NCBI GenBank assembly: GCA_965202665.1
Contig: OZ241841.1
Span: 1,504,001 to 1,568,000 of the forward strand
Direction: 5' to 3'
DNA: 64,000 bases
From: Candidatus Spongiisociaceae bacterium
GTDB lineage: Bacteria; Actinomycetota; Acidimicrobiia; Spongiisociales; Spongiisociaceae
Shown here: piece after piece, positions 21,099 through 31,300 of the stretch
Numbering within the stretch: the first letter of the stretch is position 1
Layout of the letters: each line of letters begins with the position of its first letter
Notes under the pieces: model-generated
Databases searched by the model: none
Seen by the model: the letters and a program-made list of their open reading frames with translations, nothing else
What the model was told of the DNA's origin: nothing
Made by a program: the position numbers and the translations under genes

Positions 21099-22648
21099 TG
21101 GCGGACAACGGCCTGCGCCGCTACCACGCCGCGGTGTGGGACGAACCGCTGGTGATGGAACTGGGGGCCCCCGGCCGCCGGGGGACGATATTCCCCGAAC
21201 CCGACCCGGAAATGTCGCGGACCATGGGGGCGGCGGAAGACCTGATCCCGCCCGCCGCCCGCCGCCGGGACGCCCCGCAACTGCCGGAACTGTCGGAGCC
21301 GGAAGCCCTGCGGCATTATCTGCATCTGTCGCAGCAGGTGCTGGGGATGATGGGGATCAGCCTGTTCGGAACGTGCACTATGAAATACAACCCCCGGGTG
21401 ACCGAAGCCCTCGCCCGTTCCCCGTGGGTGGCCGACACCCATCCCGACCAGGACCCGCAAACCCTGACCGGCACCCTGGCCGTCATCCGCGGGTTGGACC
21501 TGATGTTGCGGGAGTTGACCGGGATGGACCAGTTCGTTTTCCAGCCGGGCGGGGGGGCGGACGCCGCTTTCCTGCACGCAACGGTAACCAGGGCCTACCA
21601 CCAAGCCCGCGGCGATCTGGCGCAGCGAACGGAGATTATCACCACCGCCCAAGCCCATCCTTGCAACCCGGCCGCCGCCGCCGCCGCCGGTTTCGACGTG
21701 GTAACCCTTCCTTTAGAGGAGGAAGGGTTCGCCTCGGTGGAGGCCCTGCGGGCCGCCGTTTCCGACCGCACCGCCGCCCTGATGGTCAACAATCCGGACG
21801 ACATCGGAATCTACAACCCGCATATCCGGGAATGGGTGGAAATAGTGCACCGGGCGGGCGGGCTGTGCTTCTACGACCACGCCAACTTCAACGGGGTGAT
21901 GGGGCGCATCCGGGCCGCCGAGTTGGGTTTCGACGCCTGCATGATGATGTTGCATAAAACCTTCGGGGCCCCCAAAGCGGGGGGCGGGCCGGCGGTGGGG
22001 GCTTACGGTTGCCGGGCCGAGTTGGTTCCCCATCTGACCGCCCCGATAGTGGAGGAAAGCGGGGACGGGTATGAAATCCGCATTCCCGGGCCGGAGGCCC
22101 GCACCGGGGTCAGGGAGTTTTTGGGCAACGTTCCGGTGATCGTCAAAGCCTACGCCTGGTTGCGGGCCATGGGGGCGGAGGGGGTGCGGGAGGCGGCCGA
22201 CCTGTCGCTTCTGGCCAACAACTACATGGAAACCCGCCTGCTGGCCATCCCCGGCGTGTCCAAAGCCCTGCCCCATTTGACCAAACAGCGGATGGAGATG
22301 ACCCGCTACAGCCTGGGGGAGTTGACCGAGGAGACCGGGGTCACCACAGTCGATGTGCAGAACCGGATGGTGGACTACGGGGTGGACGCCTATTGGATGA
22401 GCCACGAACCGTGGTTCGTTCCCGAGCCTTTCACCCCCGAGGCGGGGGAGATGTGGCCTTTGGAGGATTTGGACTACTGGGTGGACGTCATCGAACAAAT
22501 CTGCCGGGAGGCCCGCACCGACCCGGAACTGGTGAAGACCGCCCCCCACAATCACCCCATCCGCCGGGTGACGGGGACCAACCTGGACGACCCGGACGGC
22601 TGGGCTACCACTTGGCGGGCCCATCGGCGCAAACATCGTCCGGACTGA
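21098..22648 (+). CDS. gcvPB: Glycine cleavage system P protein subunit 2-like (divergent)
   Basis: GTCTMKYNP, YDHANFN, LHKTF (PLP Lys), LANNY and TAPHN. Confidence 0.85.
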   Translation: MADNGLRRYHAAVWDEPLVMELGAPGRRGTIFPEPDPEMSRTMGAAEDLIPPAARRRDAPQLPELSEPEALRHYLHLSQQVLGMMGISLFGTCTMKYNPRVTEALARSPWVADTHPDQDPQTLTGTLAVIRGLDLMLRELTGMDQFVFQPGGGADAAFLHATVTRAYHQARGDLAQRTEIITTAQAHPCNPAAAAAAGFDVVTLPLEEEGFASVEALRAAVSDRTAALMVNNPDDIGIYNPHIREWVEIVHRAGGLCFYDHANFNGVMGRIRAAELGFDACMMMLHKTFGAPKAGGGPAVGAYGCRAELVPHLTAPIVEESGDGYEIRIPGPEARTGVREFLGNVPVIVKAYAWLRAMGAEGVREAADLSLLANNYMETRLLAIPGVSKALPHLTKQRMEMTRYSLGELTEETGVTTVDVQNRMVDYGVDAYWMSHEPWFVPEPFTPEAGEMWPLEDLDYWVDVIEQICREARTDPELVKTAPHNHPIRRVTGTNLDDPDGWATTWRAHRRKHRPD

Positions 22649-22657
22649 GGGGCCCCG

Positions 22658-24409
22658 GTGCGGGTGGAAATACCGGGGGTGGGGAAGCCCGCCGGGGAAG
22701 TGGGTTTCACTTTCGGGGGACGGGCGGTGGCGGCCCGCCCCGGGCTTTCCCTGGCCGCCGCCCTGACCGAAGCCGGGTTTTCGGACATGGGGGAGGCCGG
22801 GGACGGGCGGGGGCGGGGGTTGTTCTGCGGGATGGGGGCGTGCGGCGAATGCGCGGTGACGGTGGACGGGACCCCCGGCCGGTTGGCTTGCATGATTCCG
22901 GTGCGGGAAGGGATGGCGGTGGAGCGCCAACCGGCCCTCCTTCCCCCGCCCGCCGCCGCAGCCGGCCCCGGAGATGAATGGGAGCAACGGCGGATGGCCC
23001 CCGCCGTGCTGGTGGTGGGGGGCGGCCCGGCCGGTTTGTCCGCCGCTTCGGCGGCGGCCGAGGCGGGGGCGGAGACGGTCCTCATCGACGAACGTCCCTA
23101 CCTGGGGGGTCAGTTTTACAAGCAGCCTTCTCCGGAAAGCCCGGTCGATCGGAGGCGGCTGGACTCCCAGTTCCGGCGGGGAGGGAAGTTGATGGAAAGG
23201 GCCCGCCGAGCCGGGGTGCGCATCCTCAACGGGGTGAGCGTGTGGGGGGCGTTCCCACCGGGACTGCTGTTGGCCCACGGGCCGGGAACGGCTTGGACTT
23301 TGCGCCCGCAACGGCTGGTGTTGGCGGTGGGGGCGCGGGAGAGGGGGGTTCCCATTCCGGGGTGGACCCTGCCGGGGGTGATGACCGCCGGGGCCGCCCA
23401 GACCCTATTGCGCTCCCACCAGACCGCCCCCGGACGGCGGGTGCTGCTGTCCGGGACCGGCCCCCTCAACATGCAGGTGGCGGCCGAGTTGGCCCGGGCC
23501 GGAGTGGAGGTGGCGGCGGTGGCGGAGCAGGCCGACCTGCGCTGGCCGCGCAACCTGGCCGCCGGGGCGCGGATGCTGGCCGCCTCCCCGGCCCTGGTAG
23601 GCAAAGGCTTCGCCTACCGGGCGGCCCTGGCCCGGCGCCGCATACCGGTGTTGGACCGCACTTCGGTGGTGGAAATCCGGGGGGAGGGCCGGGTGGCGGG
23701 GGCGGTGACCGCCCGGTTGGACGAAAACGGCGCCCCCCTGCCCGGAACGGAACTGGAACACGAGGCGGAGGCGGTTTGCCTGGGGTACGGGTTCGTTCCC
23801 GGAACGGAACTGGCCCGGGCCCTGGGTTGCCGCCACCGGGTGGAGCCGGAAAGCGGCTTGCTGGTTACCGTTCGCACCCCGGCGGGGCGCACCACCGCCC
23901 CGGGGGTGTGGGCGGTGGGGGACGCGGGGGGGATAGAAGGGGCTTATGCGGCGGAGGCCATGGGGGAGGCCGCCGGGTGGGACGTGGTGGCCGATATGGG
24001 GATGTCCCCCCCCGGCGGGGGGGCCGGGCGGCGGAGGGCGGGGCGGCGACTGCGCCGTCACCTGGCTTTTCAGCGGGGCCTGCGCCGCCTTTACCGGGCG
24101 CCTCCCCTGACCGTTCAGTTGGCCGATGACCGAACCATCGTCTGCCGGTGCGAGTCGGTGGAGTTGCGAGCCGCGCGCCGGGCCTTCTCCGACTCGGAGG
24201 GGGCCGGGTCGGCGGGCGCCGCCAAGCGGCTCACCCGGGTGGGAATGGGCCAATGCCAGGGCCGTCTATGCGGGCCGGTAATGGACGAGTTGGCGGAGCG
24301 GGCGGGGGGCGTCCCCCGGGGCGAGTTCACCGGTTTCGCCCCCCAGCCGCCGGTGCGCCCGGTGGAAATCTCCCGGCTGGCGGCCTCCGCGCCTCCTCCG
24401 GATTGGTAG
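22658..24409 (+). CDS. 2Fe-2S/FAD-dependent oxidoreductase (fused HcnA/HcnB, opine/hydroxyproline dehydrogenase-type)
   Basis: FCGMGACGEC...C, GGGPAG, PGWTLPGVM and a BFD-like CRCE...GMGQCQGRLC. Confidence 0.88.
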   Translation: MRVEIPGVGKPAGEVGFTFGGRAVAARPGLSLAAALTEAGFSDMGEAGDGRGRGLFCGMGACGECAVTVDGTPGRLACMIPVREGMAVERQPALLPPPAAAAGPGDEWEQRRMAPAVLVVGGGPAGLSAASAAAEAGAETVLIDERPYLGGQFYKQPSPESPVDRRRLDSQFRRGGKLMERARRAGVRILNGVSVWGAFPPGLLLAHGPGTAWTLRPQRLVLAVGARERGVPIPGWTLPGVMTAGAAQTLLRSHQTAPGRRVLLSGTGPLNMQVAAELARAGVEVAAVAEQADLRWPRNLAAGARMLAASPALVGKGFAYRAALARRRIPVLDRTSVVEIRGEGRVAGAVTARLDENGAPLPGTELEHEAEAVCLGYGFVPGTELARALGCRHRVEPESGLLVTVRTPAGRTTAPGVWAVGDAGGIEGAYAAEAMGEAAGWDVVADMGMSPPGGGAGRRRAGRRLRRHLAFQRGLRRLYRAPPLTVQLADDRTIVCRCESVELRAARRAFSDSEGAGSAGAAKRLTRVGMGQCQGRLCGPVMDELAERAGGVPRGEFTGFAPQPPVRPVEISRLAASAPPPDW

Positions 24410-24435
24410 ATTGTCCGAATGACGATGGGAGGAAA

Positions 24436-25371
24436 ATGACCAAAGAGTTTCGCGGCAGCTACACGGTTTCGGTTACCCCGTTCACCGAGGACGGGTCGGC
24501 CATCGACGTCGGCGCCCTCAAAAACTTTCTGGACTGGCAGTTGCAGGCCGGGGTGCCGGGGATCATCGCCTTGGGCAGCACCGGCGAGTTCCTGACCGTT
24601 GATGACGAGGAGCGGCGGCTGGTGGTGGAAACCTATGTGAACCACATCGACGGGCGCATCCCGGTGCTGATCGGAACGATGAACGCCCACACCCCCAACG
24701 CGGTGCGCTACAGCCGCCAAGCCCAAGATTTGGGGGCGGACGGGGTGATGATCATCCCCCCCTACTATTACACTCCCACCGAGGACGAAATTTTCAACTA
24801 CTACGCGGCCATCGACCGGGCCATTTCCATCCCGGTGATGCTTTACAACAACCCGGTCACCTCCAATGTGGACATGTCGGCGCAGCTGGTGGCCCGCCTG
24901 TGCCGGGAGTTGGAAACCGTGCAGTACATTAAAGAGTCCAGCCTGGATTTGGCCCGGGTGCGGGATGTGATCGAGGTGTCCGAGGGGGAAATGAAAGTGT
25001 TCGCCGGGGAGCGGATCGTGGACTCGTTTCTGCTGGGGGCCATCGGATACGTCAACCCCTACGGCAACTACATCCCGGTCGCCTCCCACCGCATCTTCGA
25101 CTTGCTGGAGGCGGGTCGGATCGACGACGCGTTGGCGGTGCAACGGCTGATTGACCGCATCGACCACATTATCGCCGCCGGCCATCCCACTTACGGCCAC
25201 CAGTGCTACTCCAAGGCTTTGGCGGCCGCGGTCGGCTATCCGATGGGCGATGTGCGCGCCCCGCTCACCCGTTTCCCGGAGTTGGGGGAGGAGGGACGGC
25301 GGCGGACGGCGGAAATCAAAGGCTTGATGGAGGAGCTGGACGGGCTTACCGCCTCGTTGGGAATCGGCTGA
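24436..25371 (+). CDS. Dihydrodipicolinate synthase family protein
   Basis: GSTGEF, PPYY, LYNNP and IKESS (Schiff-base Lys). Confidence 0.9.
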   Translation: MTKEFRGSYTVSVTPFTEDGSAIDVGALKNFLDWQLQAGVPGIIALGSTGEFLTVDDEERRLVVETYVNHIDGRIPVLIGTMNAHTPNAVRYSRQAQDLGADGVMIIPPYYYTPTEDEIFNYYAAIDRAISIPVMLYNNPVTSNVDMSAQLVARLCRELETVQYIKESSLDLARVRDVIEVSEGEMKVFAGERIVDSFLLGAIGYVNPYGNYIPVASHRIFDLLEAGRIDDALAVQRLIDRIDHIIAAGHPTYGHQCYSKALAAAVGYPMGDVRAPLTRFPELGEEGRRRTAEIKGLMEELDGLTASLGIG

Positions 25372-25387
25372 CCCCCGGGCCGGGGGC

Positions 25388-26653
25388 TCAAAGCTCCGCG
25401 ATGCCCGATTCGATGATGTCCAAAGCCCGGTCCAAGTGCTCGTAGGGTACGTTGAGGGGCGGTATGAAACGGATGACGTTGCCGTCGGTTCCGCAAGGCA
25501 GGAAAAACAATCCTTCCCGCATGGAATGGCTGTAAACGGCTTCCAGCGCCGCCTTGGCGGGGCGGCCCCCCTCGTCCACCAGCTCCACCCCGATCATCAG
25601 CCCCAGCCCGCGAACGTCCCCTATGGCCGGGTAGCGTTCGGCCATTTCCCGGAAACGCTTCCAGGCCCGGTCGGCCCGCCCGGCCACCCCGGGAATTGCC
25701 TCCCGCAACCCGTCGACCACCGCCGCGGCCGCCGCGCAAGCCACCGGATTGCCGCTGTAGGTGGTTCCGTGAGCCCCGTAAGGCCAGTCGGCGAAAGTTT
25801 CCCGGGAGGCCCCGATGGCCGACAGGGGCAGTCCGTTGGCGATGGCCTTCCCCATCACCACCACATCCGGCTCCCAGCCCAGAACCTGGCCGGCGAACCA
25901 GTCCCCGCACCGCCCGAACCCGGTTTGCACCTCGTCGGCGATAACCAGAATCCCGTGTTCGTCGGCCGTTGCCCGCAATTCGGCCAGGAAGCCGGGGGGC
26001 GCCGGGTAGTAGCCCCCTTCCCCCTGCACCGGTTCGATGAGGAAAGCCGCCGTTTCCTCCGGGGCGATGTCGTGCCGGAAGATGCGGCGCAACCCGTCCA
26101 CGGCCCGCTCTTCGGCCTGTTGCCGGGTCATTCCCCAGGCGAAAGGATGGGGGAAAGGGGCCGTGAAAACCCCGGCGGGCAACGGATGGTAGCGGCGGCG
26201 GTGGGCGGCGGTGGAAGTGGTGTAGGCCACCGACCCCATGGTGCGTCCGTGGAATCCGCCCCGGAAGACGATGATCCCCGGGCGGCCCCGGACATGGCGG
26301 GCCATTTTCACCGCTCCTTCCACCGCCTCCGCCCCCGAGTTCATGAACAGGACCTGCTCCACCCGTTGCGGAGCGACCTCAATGATCTTCTCGGCCGCTT
26401 CCACCAGCGGCCGGTGCGGGTAGGTGGCGAACCCGGCGTGCCACAGGCGGTCCAGCTGTTCCCGGGCCGCCGCCGCCGCCCCCGGATGGTTGTGCCCCAG
26501 GTTGAGGCAGGCGATGCCGGTGGAAAAGTCCAAGTATTGGCGGCCGTCGGCGGCGGTAATCAGGGAGCCTTCGCCTTTCACCACCTCCATGCGGGCCCGG
26601 AATGACACCAGGGGGGGAATAACCTCCCGCGCCCGTTCCAGAAATTCGGCCAT
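25388..26653 (-). CDS. Class III PLP aminotransferase (GabT-like)
   Basis: NSGAEAVE, FHGRT, EPVQGEGG, DEVQTGFGR and GKAIANG. Confidence 0.92.
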   Translation of the reverse strand: MAEFLERAREVIPPLVSFRARMEVVKGEGSLITAADGRQYLDFSTGIACLNLGHNHPGAAAAAREQLDRLWHAGFATYPHRPLVEAAEKIIEVAPQRVEQVLFMNSGAEAVEGAVKMARHVRGRPGIIVFRGGFHGRTMGSVAYTTSTAAHRRRYHPLPAGVFTAPFPHPFAWGMTRQQAEERAVDGLRRIFRHDIAPEETAAFLIEPVQGEGGYYPAPPGFLAELRATADEHGILVIADEVQTGFGRCGDWFAGQVLGWEPDVVVMGKAIANGLPLSAIGASRETFADWPYGAHGTTYSGNPVACAAAAAVVDGLREAIPGVAGRADRAWKRFREMAERYPAIGDVRGLGLMIGVELVDEGGRPAKAALEAVYSHSMREGLFFLPCGTDGNVIRFIPPLNVPYEHLDRALDIIESGIAEL

Positions 26654-26680
26654 CGGGCCGCCCGCCGCCGGAGGGGTCCG

Positions 26681-27400
26681 TTACAGGGCGGCGGCCCGCA
26701 CTTGGGCTTCGGCCACGTGCAGGGAGGCCACCACCGGGTCCAGGCACAAAGCGTCGATTTTAGGGGCCGCTTCCCCGATCATCCCCCCCCAGATGGTGCA
26801 TCCGAACAGGACGGCGTCCACCGGCTCCCGCTCGATCATTTCCCGGGCGGCCGCCACCCCCTCGTTGAGCAACTGGCGGCGGAACCGCCGCAGAACTTCT
26901 TCCAACTCCACCGTCTGCGGGCCGATCAGGGCGGCTTCGCCTTCCACGTGCATGGGCACGAAGGCCACCGAACCGACCACGTCCGCCATCCCGTAAGCCC
27001 GCAGGTTGCGCCGGATCCAGTTGGCGGTGACATGCCAGGCGTGTTCGTCGGGGCACAGCACGCCCAGGTTTTTGCCGCGCCCGCCGGCCAGGGCGGCCGC
27101 CGCCTGCAGAGGCCCCACCACCGGAATCTCCACCGTGCGTTGCGCCTCCATAAGCCCCGGGTCGGAGCAACAGCCGATGATGGCCGCGTCCGCCCCCTCC
27201 CGTTCGGCGCGCATCACCTCGGAGATTAGTTCGTTTAGGTAGAGGGGGGCGGTCGGCAACATCGGCCCGGTCAACTCCGGGGGCAGTTGCAGATGGCGCA
27301 CCTCGATCGTTACGCCCGGCGAGGCATGCCGCTCCAAAACGGCGGCGGTGTGGGCGCTGTAAATGCCCGTCCCGATTGGTTCAATGTAGACGATCTTCAT
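26681..27400 (-). CDS. Asp/Glu/hydantoin racemase family protein
   Basis: Two catalytic Cys motifs, IIGCCSDPG and LFGCT. Confidence 0.85.
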   Translation of the reverse strand: MKIVYIEPIGTGIYSAHTAAVLERHASPGVTIEVRHLQLPPELTGPMLPTAPLYLNELISEVMRAEREGADAAIIGCCSDPGLMEAQRTVEIPVVGPLQAAAALAGGRGKNLGVLCPDEHAWHVTANWIRRNLRAYGMADVVGSVAFVPMHVEGEAALIGPQTVELEEVLRRFRRQLLNEGVAAAREMIEREPVDAVLFGCTIWGGMIGEAAPKIDALCLDPVVASLHVAEAQVRAAAL

Positions 27401-27503
27401 CGCGTTCTCCTTGGTGAGCCGGCCCCCCGATGTTACCCCTTTATCGCCCCGTCCCTTTGTCTAAGGTTGGGTTTTCGCAAAGCGCGGTCGGGGAGGAGGC
27501 AAA

Positions 27504-28268
27504 GTGCAAATATCGCTGGAGGGCAAGACGGTTCTGGTGACCGGGGCGTCGCGGGGCATCGGGTGGCATATCGCCCGTGAGATGGGCGGGGCGGGGGCGG
27601 CGGTCATCGCCCACTACCGCCGGCATAGGGAGGGGGCGGAGGAGGCGTTGGCCGACTTGCCCGAAAGTCGCAAATTGATCCTAAGTCGGGATTTCCGCTC
27701 CGGGGGGACGGGACGGGACTTGTGGGGGCGGGCGTTGGAATGGAAGGGGCGGGTGGATGTGCTGGTCAACAACGCCGGGGTGTTGCCGGAGACGGACTGG
27801 GACGGCTCCGACGCCGCCTGGGACCGGGCTTGGGAGACGGCCTGGCAGGTGAACGTTGCGGAGCCGGTCAACCTGGCGCGGGAAGCGGTGCGCCATTTTG
27901 CGGACAACGGCGGGGGGGTCCTCATCACGTTGTCCAGTTGGCTGGCCTACTTGGCGGGCGGGGCGCGGACGGTCGCCTACAGCGCCTCCAAAGGGGCCAT
28001 CACCGCATTCACCAAGACGGCGGCCGCCGAATACGCCCGGCGGGGGGTGACCGCTTTCAACATCGCCCCGGGCACGGTGCGCACCGACATGTCCCATAAG
28101 GCGGCCGAGCCGGTGGGAGGCGAAGAGGCGACCGCCCCGCAGTTGGCGATGGGGGAGTGGATACCCCCGGAGGAGATCGGGCGGCTGGCGGTGTTTTTGG
28201 CGGGCGGAAACTGCCGGCACCTGTCCGGGGCCACCATCGACATCAACGGCGCCAGCTACATGCGCTAA
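27504..28268 (+). CDS. SDR family oxidoreductase
   Basis: TGASRGIG, VNNAG and YSASK. Confidence 0.92.
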   Translation: MQISLEGKTVLVTGASRGIGWHIAREMGGAGAAVIAHYRRHREGAEEALADLPESRKLILSRDFRSGGTGRDLWGRALEWKGRVDVLVNNAGVLPETDWDGSDAAWDRAWETAWQVNVAEPVNLAREAVRHFADNGGGVLITLSSWLAYLAGGARTVAYSASKGAITAFTKTAAAEYARRGVTAFNIAPGTVRTDMSHKAAEPVGGEEATAPQLAMGEWIPPEEIGRLAVFLAGGNCRHLSGATIDINGASYMR

Positions 28269-28379
28269 CCCCCGCATGCCTTTGCCGGCGCGTTGGCAAA
28301 ACCGGTTTTTTCGGATGGCGGGGCGGCGGGAGGGGTATACTGGCGGTCGTCATTCCCTACTGCTAAGGAGGAACCTGGG

Positions 28380-30158
28380 ATGCGCGTAAAACGACAAAGG
28401 GGATTATTGGTACTGGGGGTTATGCTGATACTGGCTCTGATCGCTGGGGCCTGCGGCGGCGGCGACGAACCGGCCGCCACCACGGAGGCGGCCCCCACCA
28501 CCGCGGCCGCCCCGACCACCACCGCGGCTGCGCCCGCGGACGACATGGACGATGCGGACGCGGCGGAAGCCCCCACTACCACCGCGGCGGCCCCCACCAC
28601 CACGGAAGCCGCGCCCGCGCCGGCTCCCGATGACGGGTCCCGCACCCTGCGCATCGCCATCCCCGACGATGTGGAAACCTTGGACCCGACCTTCGGGCAG
28701 GCCACGCTTACCAACCTGACGTTGAAAAACATCTACATGCAACCGGTCCAGTATCTGCCGGGCGCCTCGGCGGGCAGGTTCGCCTACGCCGACACCACCA
28801 GTTTTGAAGGGCAGTCGGTGGAATCCTGGGAGTTCAGCGACGGCGGGGAGACCATCACTTTCAAGATGCGCCAAGGCCTGACTTTCCCCGAATCGGGCAA
28901 TCCGGTGACCGCCGATGACTTCATCTGGACCATCGAGCGGGCCCTGGGCACCGCGGCCGGCCCGGCCTGGGTGTGGGGCAACGTGGGCGTGTCCAGCTTG
29001 GATCAGGTGGAGAAAGTGGACGAAGAAACCATCCGCATCACCGGCGCCCGGCCTTCGGCCATCGTGTTGCCGCTGTTGCGGGACCAGACTTTGGGCCTGT
29101 TGGACAGCGAGACGGTGACCGCCCAAGCCACCGACGACGACCCGTGGGCGTTGGAATGGCTGGGGCAGAACTACGCGGGCAACGGACGCTACGTGATAGA
29201 CAGCTGGGAGAGGGGCTCCCGCCTGGTGTTGAAAGCCAATCCCACCTGGCCGGACGAGCCGTTTTTCACCACGGTGGAAATGTCGGTGGTGCCGGAGTCA
29301 TCCAACCGTTTGGCCCTGTTGCAGAACGGCGATGTGGACATTGCCTTGGACTTGTCCGCCCAAGAGTTGGACCGGGCCGAAGGCCTGGCCGGGGTGGATG
29401 TGCTGTCGGTGCCGGACCGGGCGGCCTTCAACGTCCTCCTCAACACCCAGGCGCCGCCGTTCGACGACCTCAACGTCCGGCTGGCCCTCACCTACGCCTC
29501 CCCTTACAACGCCATCGTGGAAGGGGTGTTGCGGGGACGGGCTGTTCCCTCGCAGGGGCCGATGTCGGTCAACTCCCGGTTCTTCGACTTGTACGGCCTC
29601 GGCGATCTGTGGAGTTACGACACCGACCTGGACCGGGCCCGGCAACTGCTGGCCGAAGCGGGCGTGGCGGACGGGTTCTCGTTCGACCTGATCGTTTCTG
29701 AGGCTCTTCCCTATGTGGAGGCGGCGGCGGCCAACTTGAAAGCCGCCTACGCCGAACTGGGAATTGACATGACCATCGTCCCCGTGTCGGCGGCGACTAT
29801 GGCCGAGCGCCTGTTCGCCCGGGATTACCAGGCGGCCATGCGCGGTTACCTGACCGACTACGTGGATGACCCCTTCTACCACTTCTTCCTGTGGTGGGGC
29901 ACCGACACGGTCATCAACTGGACCGGGTTCAGCGACCCGGACGTGGACCGGGTGCTGGAAGAGACCGGCCCGGTGGTGGACGACGCCGCGCGGCGGGAAC
30001 CGTACCGGGAGGCGATCGGCAAAGTGATCGACGCCGCTCCCATGGTCTGGCTGGCCAACGCCGACTTCTCGCTGGCGGTGCGGGAGGACATCGGAGGCTA
30101 CGTACATCACCCCGACCAGTTGCTGTGGTTCGCCACCTTGAACCGCACCGGCGGGTAG
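28380..30158 (+). CDS. ABC transporter substrate-binding lipoprotein (family 5, peptide/nickel)
   Basis: AGAC lipobox, Thr/Ala-rich linker, TLDP and VTADDF motifs. Confidence 0.92.
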   Translation: MRVKRQRGLLVLGVMLILALIAGACGGGDEPAATTEAAPTTAAAPTTTAAAPADDMDDADAAEAPTTTAAAPTTTEAAPAPAPDDGSRTLRIAIPDDVETLDPTFGQATLTNLTLKNIYMQPVQYLPGASAGRFAYADTTSFEGQSVESWEFSDGGETITFKMRQGLTFPESGNPVTADDFIWTIERALGTAAGPAWVWGNVGVSSLDQVEKVDEETIRITGARPSAIVLPLLRDQTLGLLDSETVTAQATDDDPWALEWLGQNYAGNGRYVIDSWERGSRLVLKANPTWPDEPFFTTVEMSVVPESSNRLALLQNGDVDIALDLSAQELDRAEGLAGVDVLSVPDRAAFNVLLNTQAPPFDDLNVRLALTYASPYNAIVEGVLRGRAVPSQGPMSVNSRFFDLYGLGDLWSYDTDLDRARQLLAEAGVADGFSFDLIVSEALPYVEAAAANLKAAYAELGIDMTIVPVSAATMAERLFARDYQAAMRGYLTDYVDDPFYHFFLWWGTDTVINWTGFSDPDVDRVLEETGPVVDDAARREPYREAIGKVIDAAPMVWLANADFSLAVREDIGGYVHHPDQLLWFATLNRTGG

Positions 30159-30172
30159 GGGCGGCGTAACGG

Positions 30173-30209
30173 ACGGGGGAGGGCGGACCGAAAACCCGTC
30201 CTCCCCCGT
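30173..30209 (+). other. Intercistronic stem-loop after the SBP gene
   Basis: Inverted repeat ACGGGGGAGGGCGG / CCGTCCTCCCCCGT. Confidence 0.6.
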
Positions 30210-30232
30210 TTCCGACCGAGGGGCAGGCGGCC

Positions 30233-31297
30233 ATGGAGCAGGAGCAGACGGCAACCGCCACCGTCGCCCAACCCCGTTTTTCCCGCTGGCGCAACTGGGG
30301 GTTTTTCCTGTTGCGCCGGCTGGGGTTGCTGGCGCTGGTCCTGCTGTTCGTCGGCACCCTGACTTTCACCGTCACCCGCTTCACCGGCACCCCCCTCTAC
30401 GCTTCGGTGGGTTTGCAGGCCGACGAAGCCACTTTGGAAGCCAGGGCCGAGTTGCTGGGCCTAAACGATTCGTTCTGGGAGCAGTACGCGACCTACATGG
30501 TCAACCTGATGAAAGGCGACCTGGGCACTTCGCGGCGCACCTACGTCCCGGTTATAGACGAAATCGGACGCCGCCTCCCCGCCACCGCCGAGCTGGTGAC
30601 GGCGGGGACTTTTTTCATCATCCTGTGGGCGATACCGCTCGGGGTGCGGGCCGGCCTGCGCCCGGGGGGCGCCGCCTCCCGGCTTGGGGAGGGGATCAGC
30701 CAGTTCGGGGTGAGCGTGCCCGCTTTCTGGCTGGGCCTGTTGTTTATCGCCCTGCTGGCTTTCCTGTTGCCCATTTTCCCCCCTCCGCTGGGACGGATGA
30801 GCGGAGCCGACCCGCCGCAGTTCGCGACCGGCTTCTACACTTTGGACGCTTTGCTGGCCGGGGATTTTGGGTTGTCGTTGCGCGCCCTGTGGCATCTGGT
30901 GCTGCCCGGTTTGACTTTGGCGGTGACCAGCGGGCCGCCGGTTTTTAGGGTGACGCGGGCCGCGGTGGGGGAAGTGGCGGCCAGCCCCTATGTGGAAGCC
31001 GCCCGCAGCTACGGGCTCCCCCGCCGGTTGGTGATGCGGCGGGACATTATCCGCAACGCCTTTCCGCCGGTGCTGAACCTGATCGCCATGACTTTCGGGT
31101 ATCTGATCGGGGGGGCCATCTTGGTGGAGGTGGTGTTTTCCTGGCCGGGCATCGGGCTGTACGCGGTGCGGGCCATGAACTTTTCCGACTACGACGCGGT
31201 GCTGGGCGTGGTGCTGATTTCGGCGGTGATCTACGTGGTTCTGTATTTCATAGTGGATCTGGCGCAGTACGCGCTGGACCCCCGGTTGCGGGACTGA
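30233..31297 (+). CDS. ABC transporter permease (DppB-like)
   Basis: GDLGTS, RLPATAEL, EAA loop and VFSWPGIG. Confidence 0.93.
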   Translation: MEQEQTATATVAQPRFSRWRNWGFFLLRRLGLLALVLLFVGTLTFTVTRFTGTPLYASVGLQADEATLEARAELLGLNDSFWEQYATYMVNLMKGDLGTSRRTYVPVIDEIGRRLPATAELVTAGTFFIILWAIPLGVRAGLRPGGAASRLGEGISQFGVSVPAFWLGLLFIALLAFLLPIFPPPLGRMSGADPPQFATGFYTLDALLAGDFGLSLRALWHLVLPGLTLAVTSGPPVFRVTRAAVGEVAASPYVEAARSYGLPRRLVMRRDIIRNAFPPVLNLIAMTFGYLIGGAILVEVVFSWPGIGLYAVRAMNFSDYDAVLGVVLISAVIYVVLYFIVDLAQYALDPRLRD

Positions 31298-31300
31298 GCG

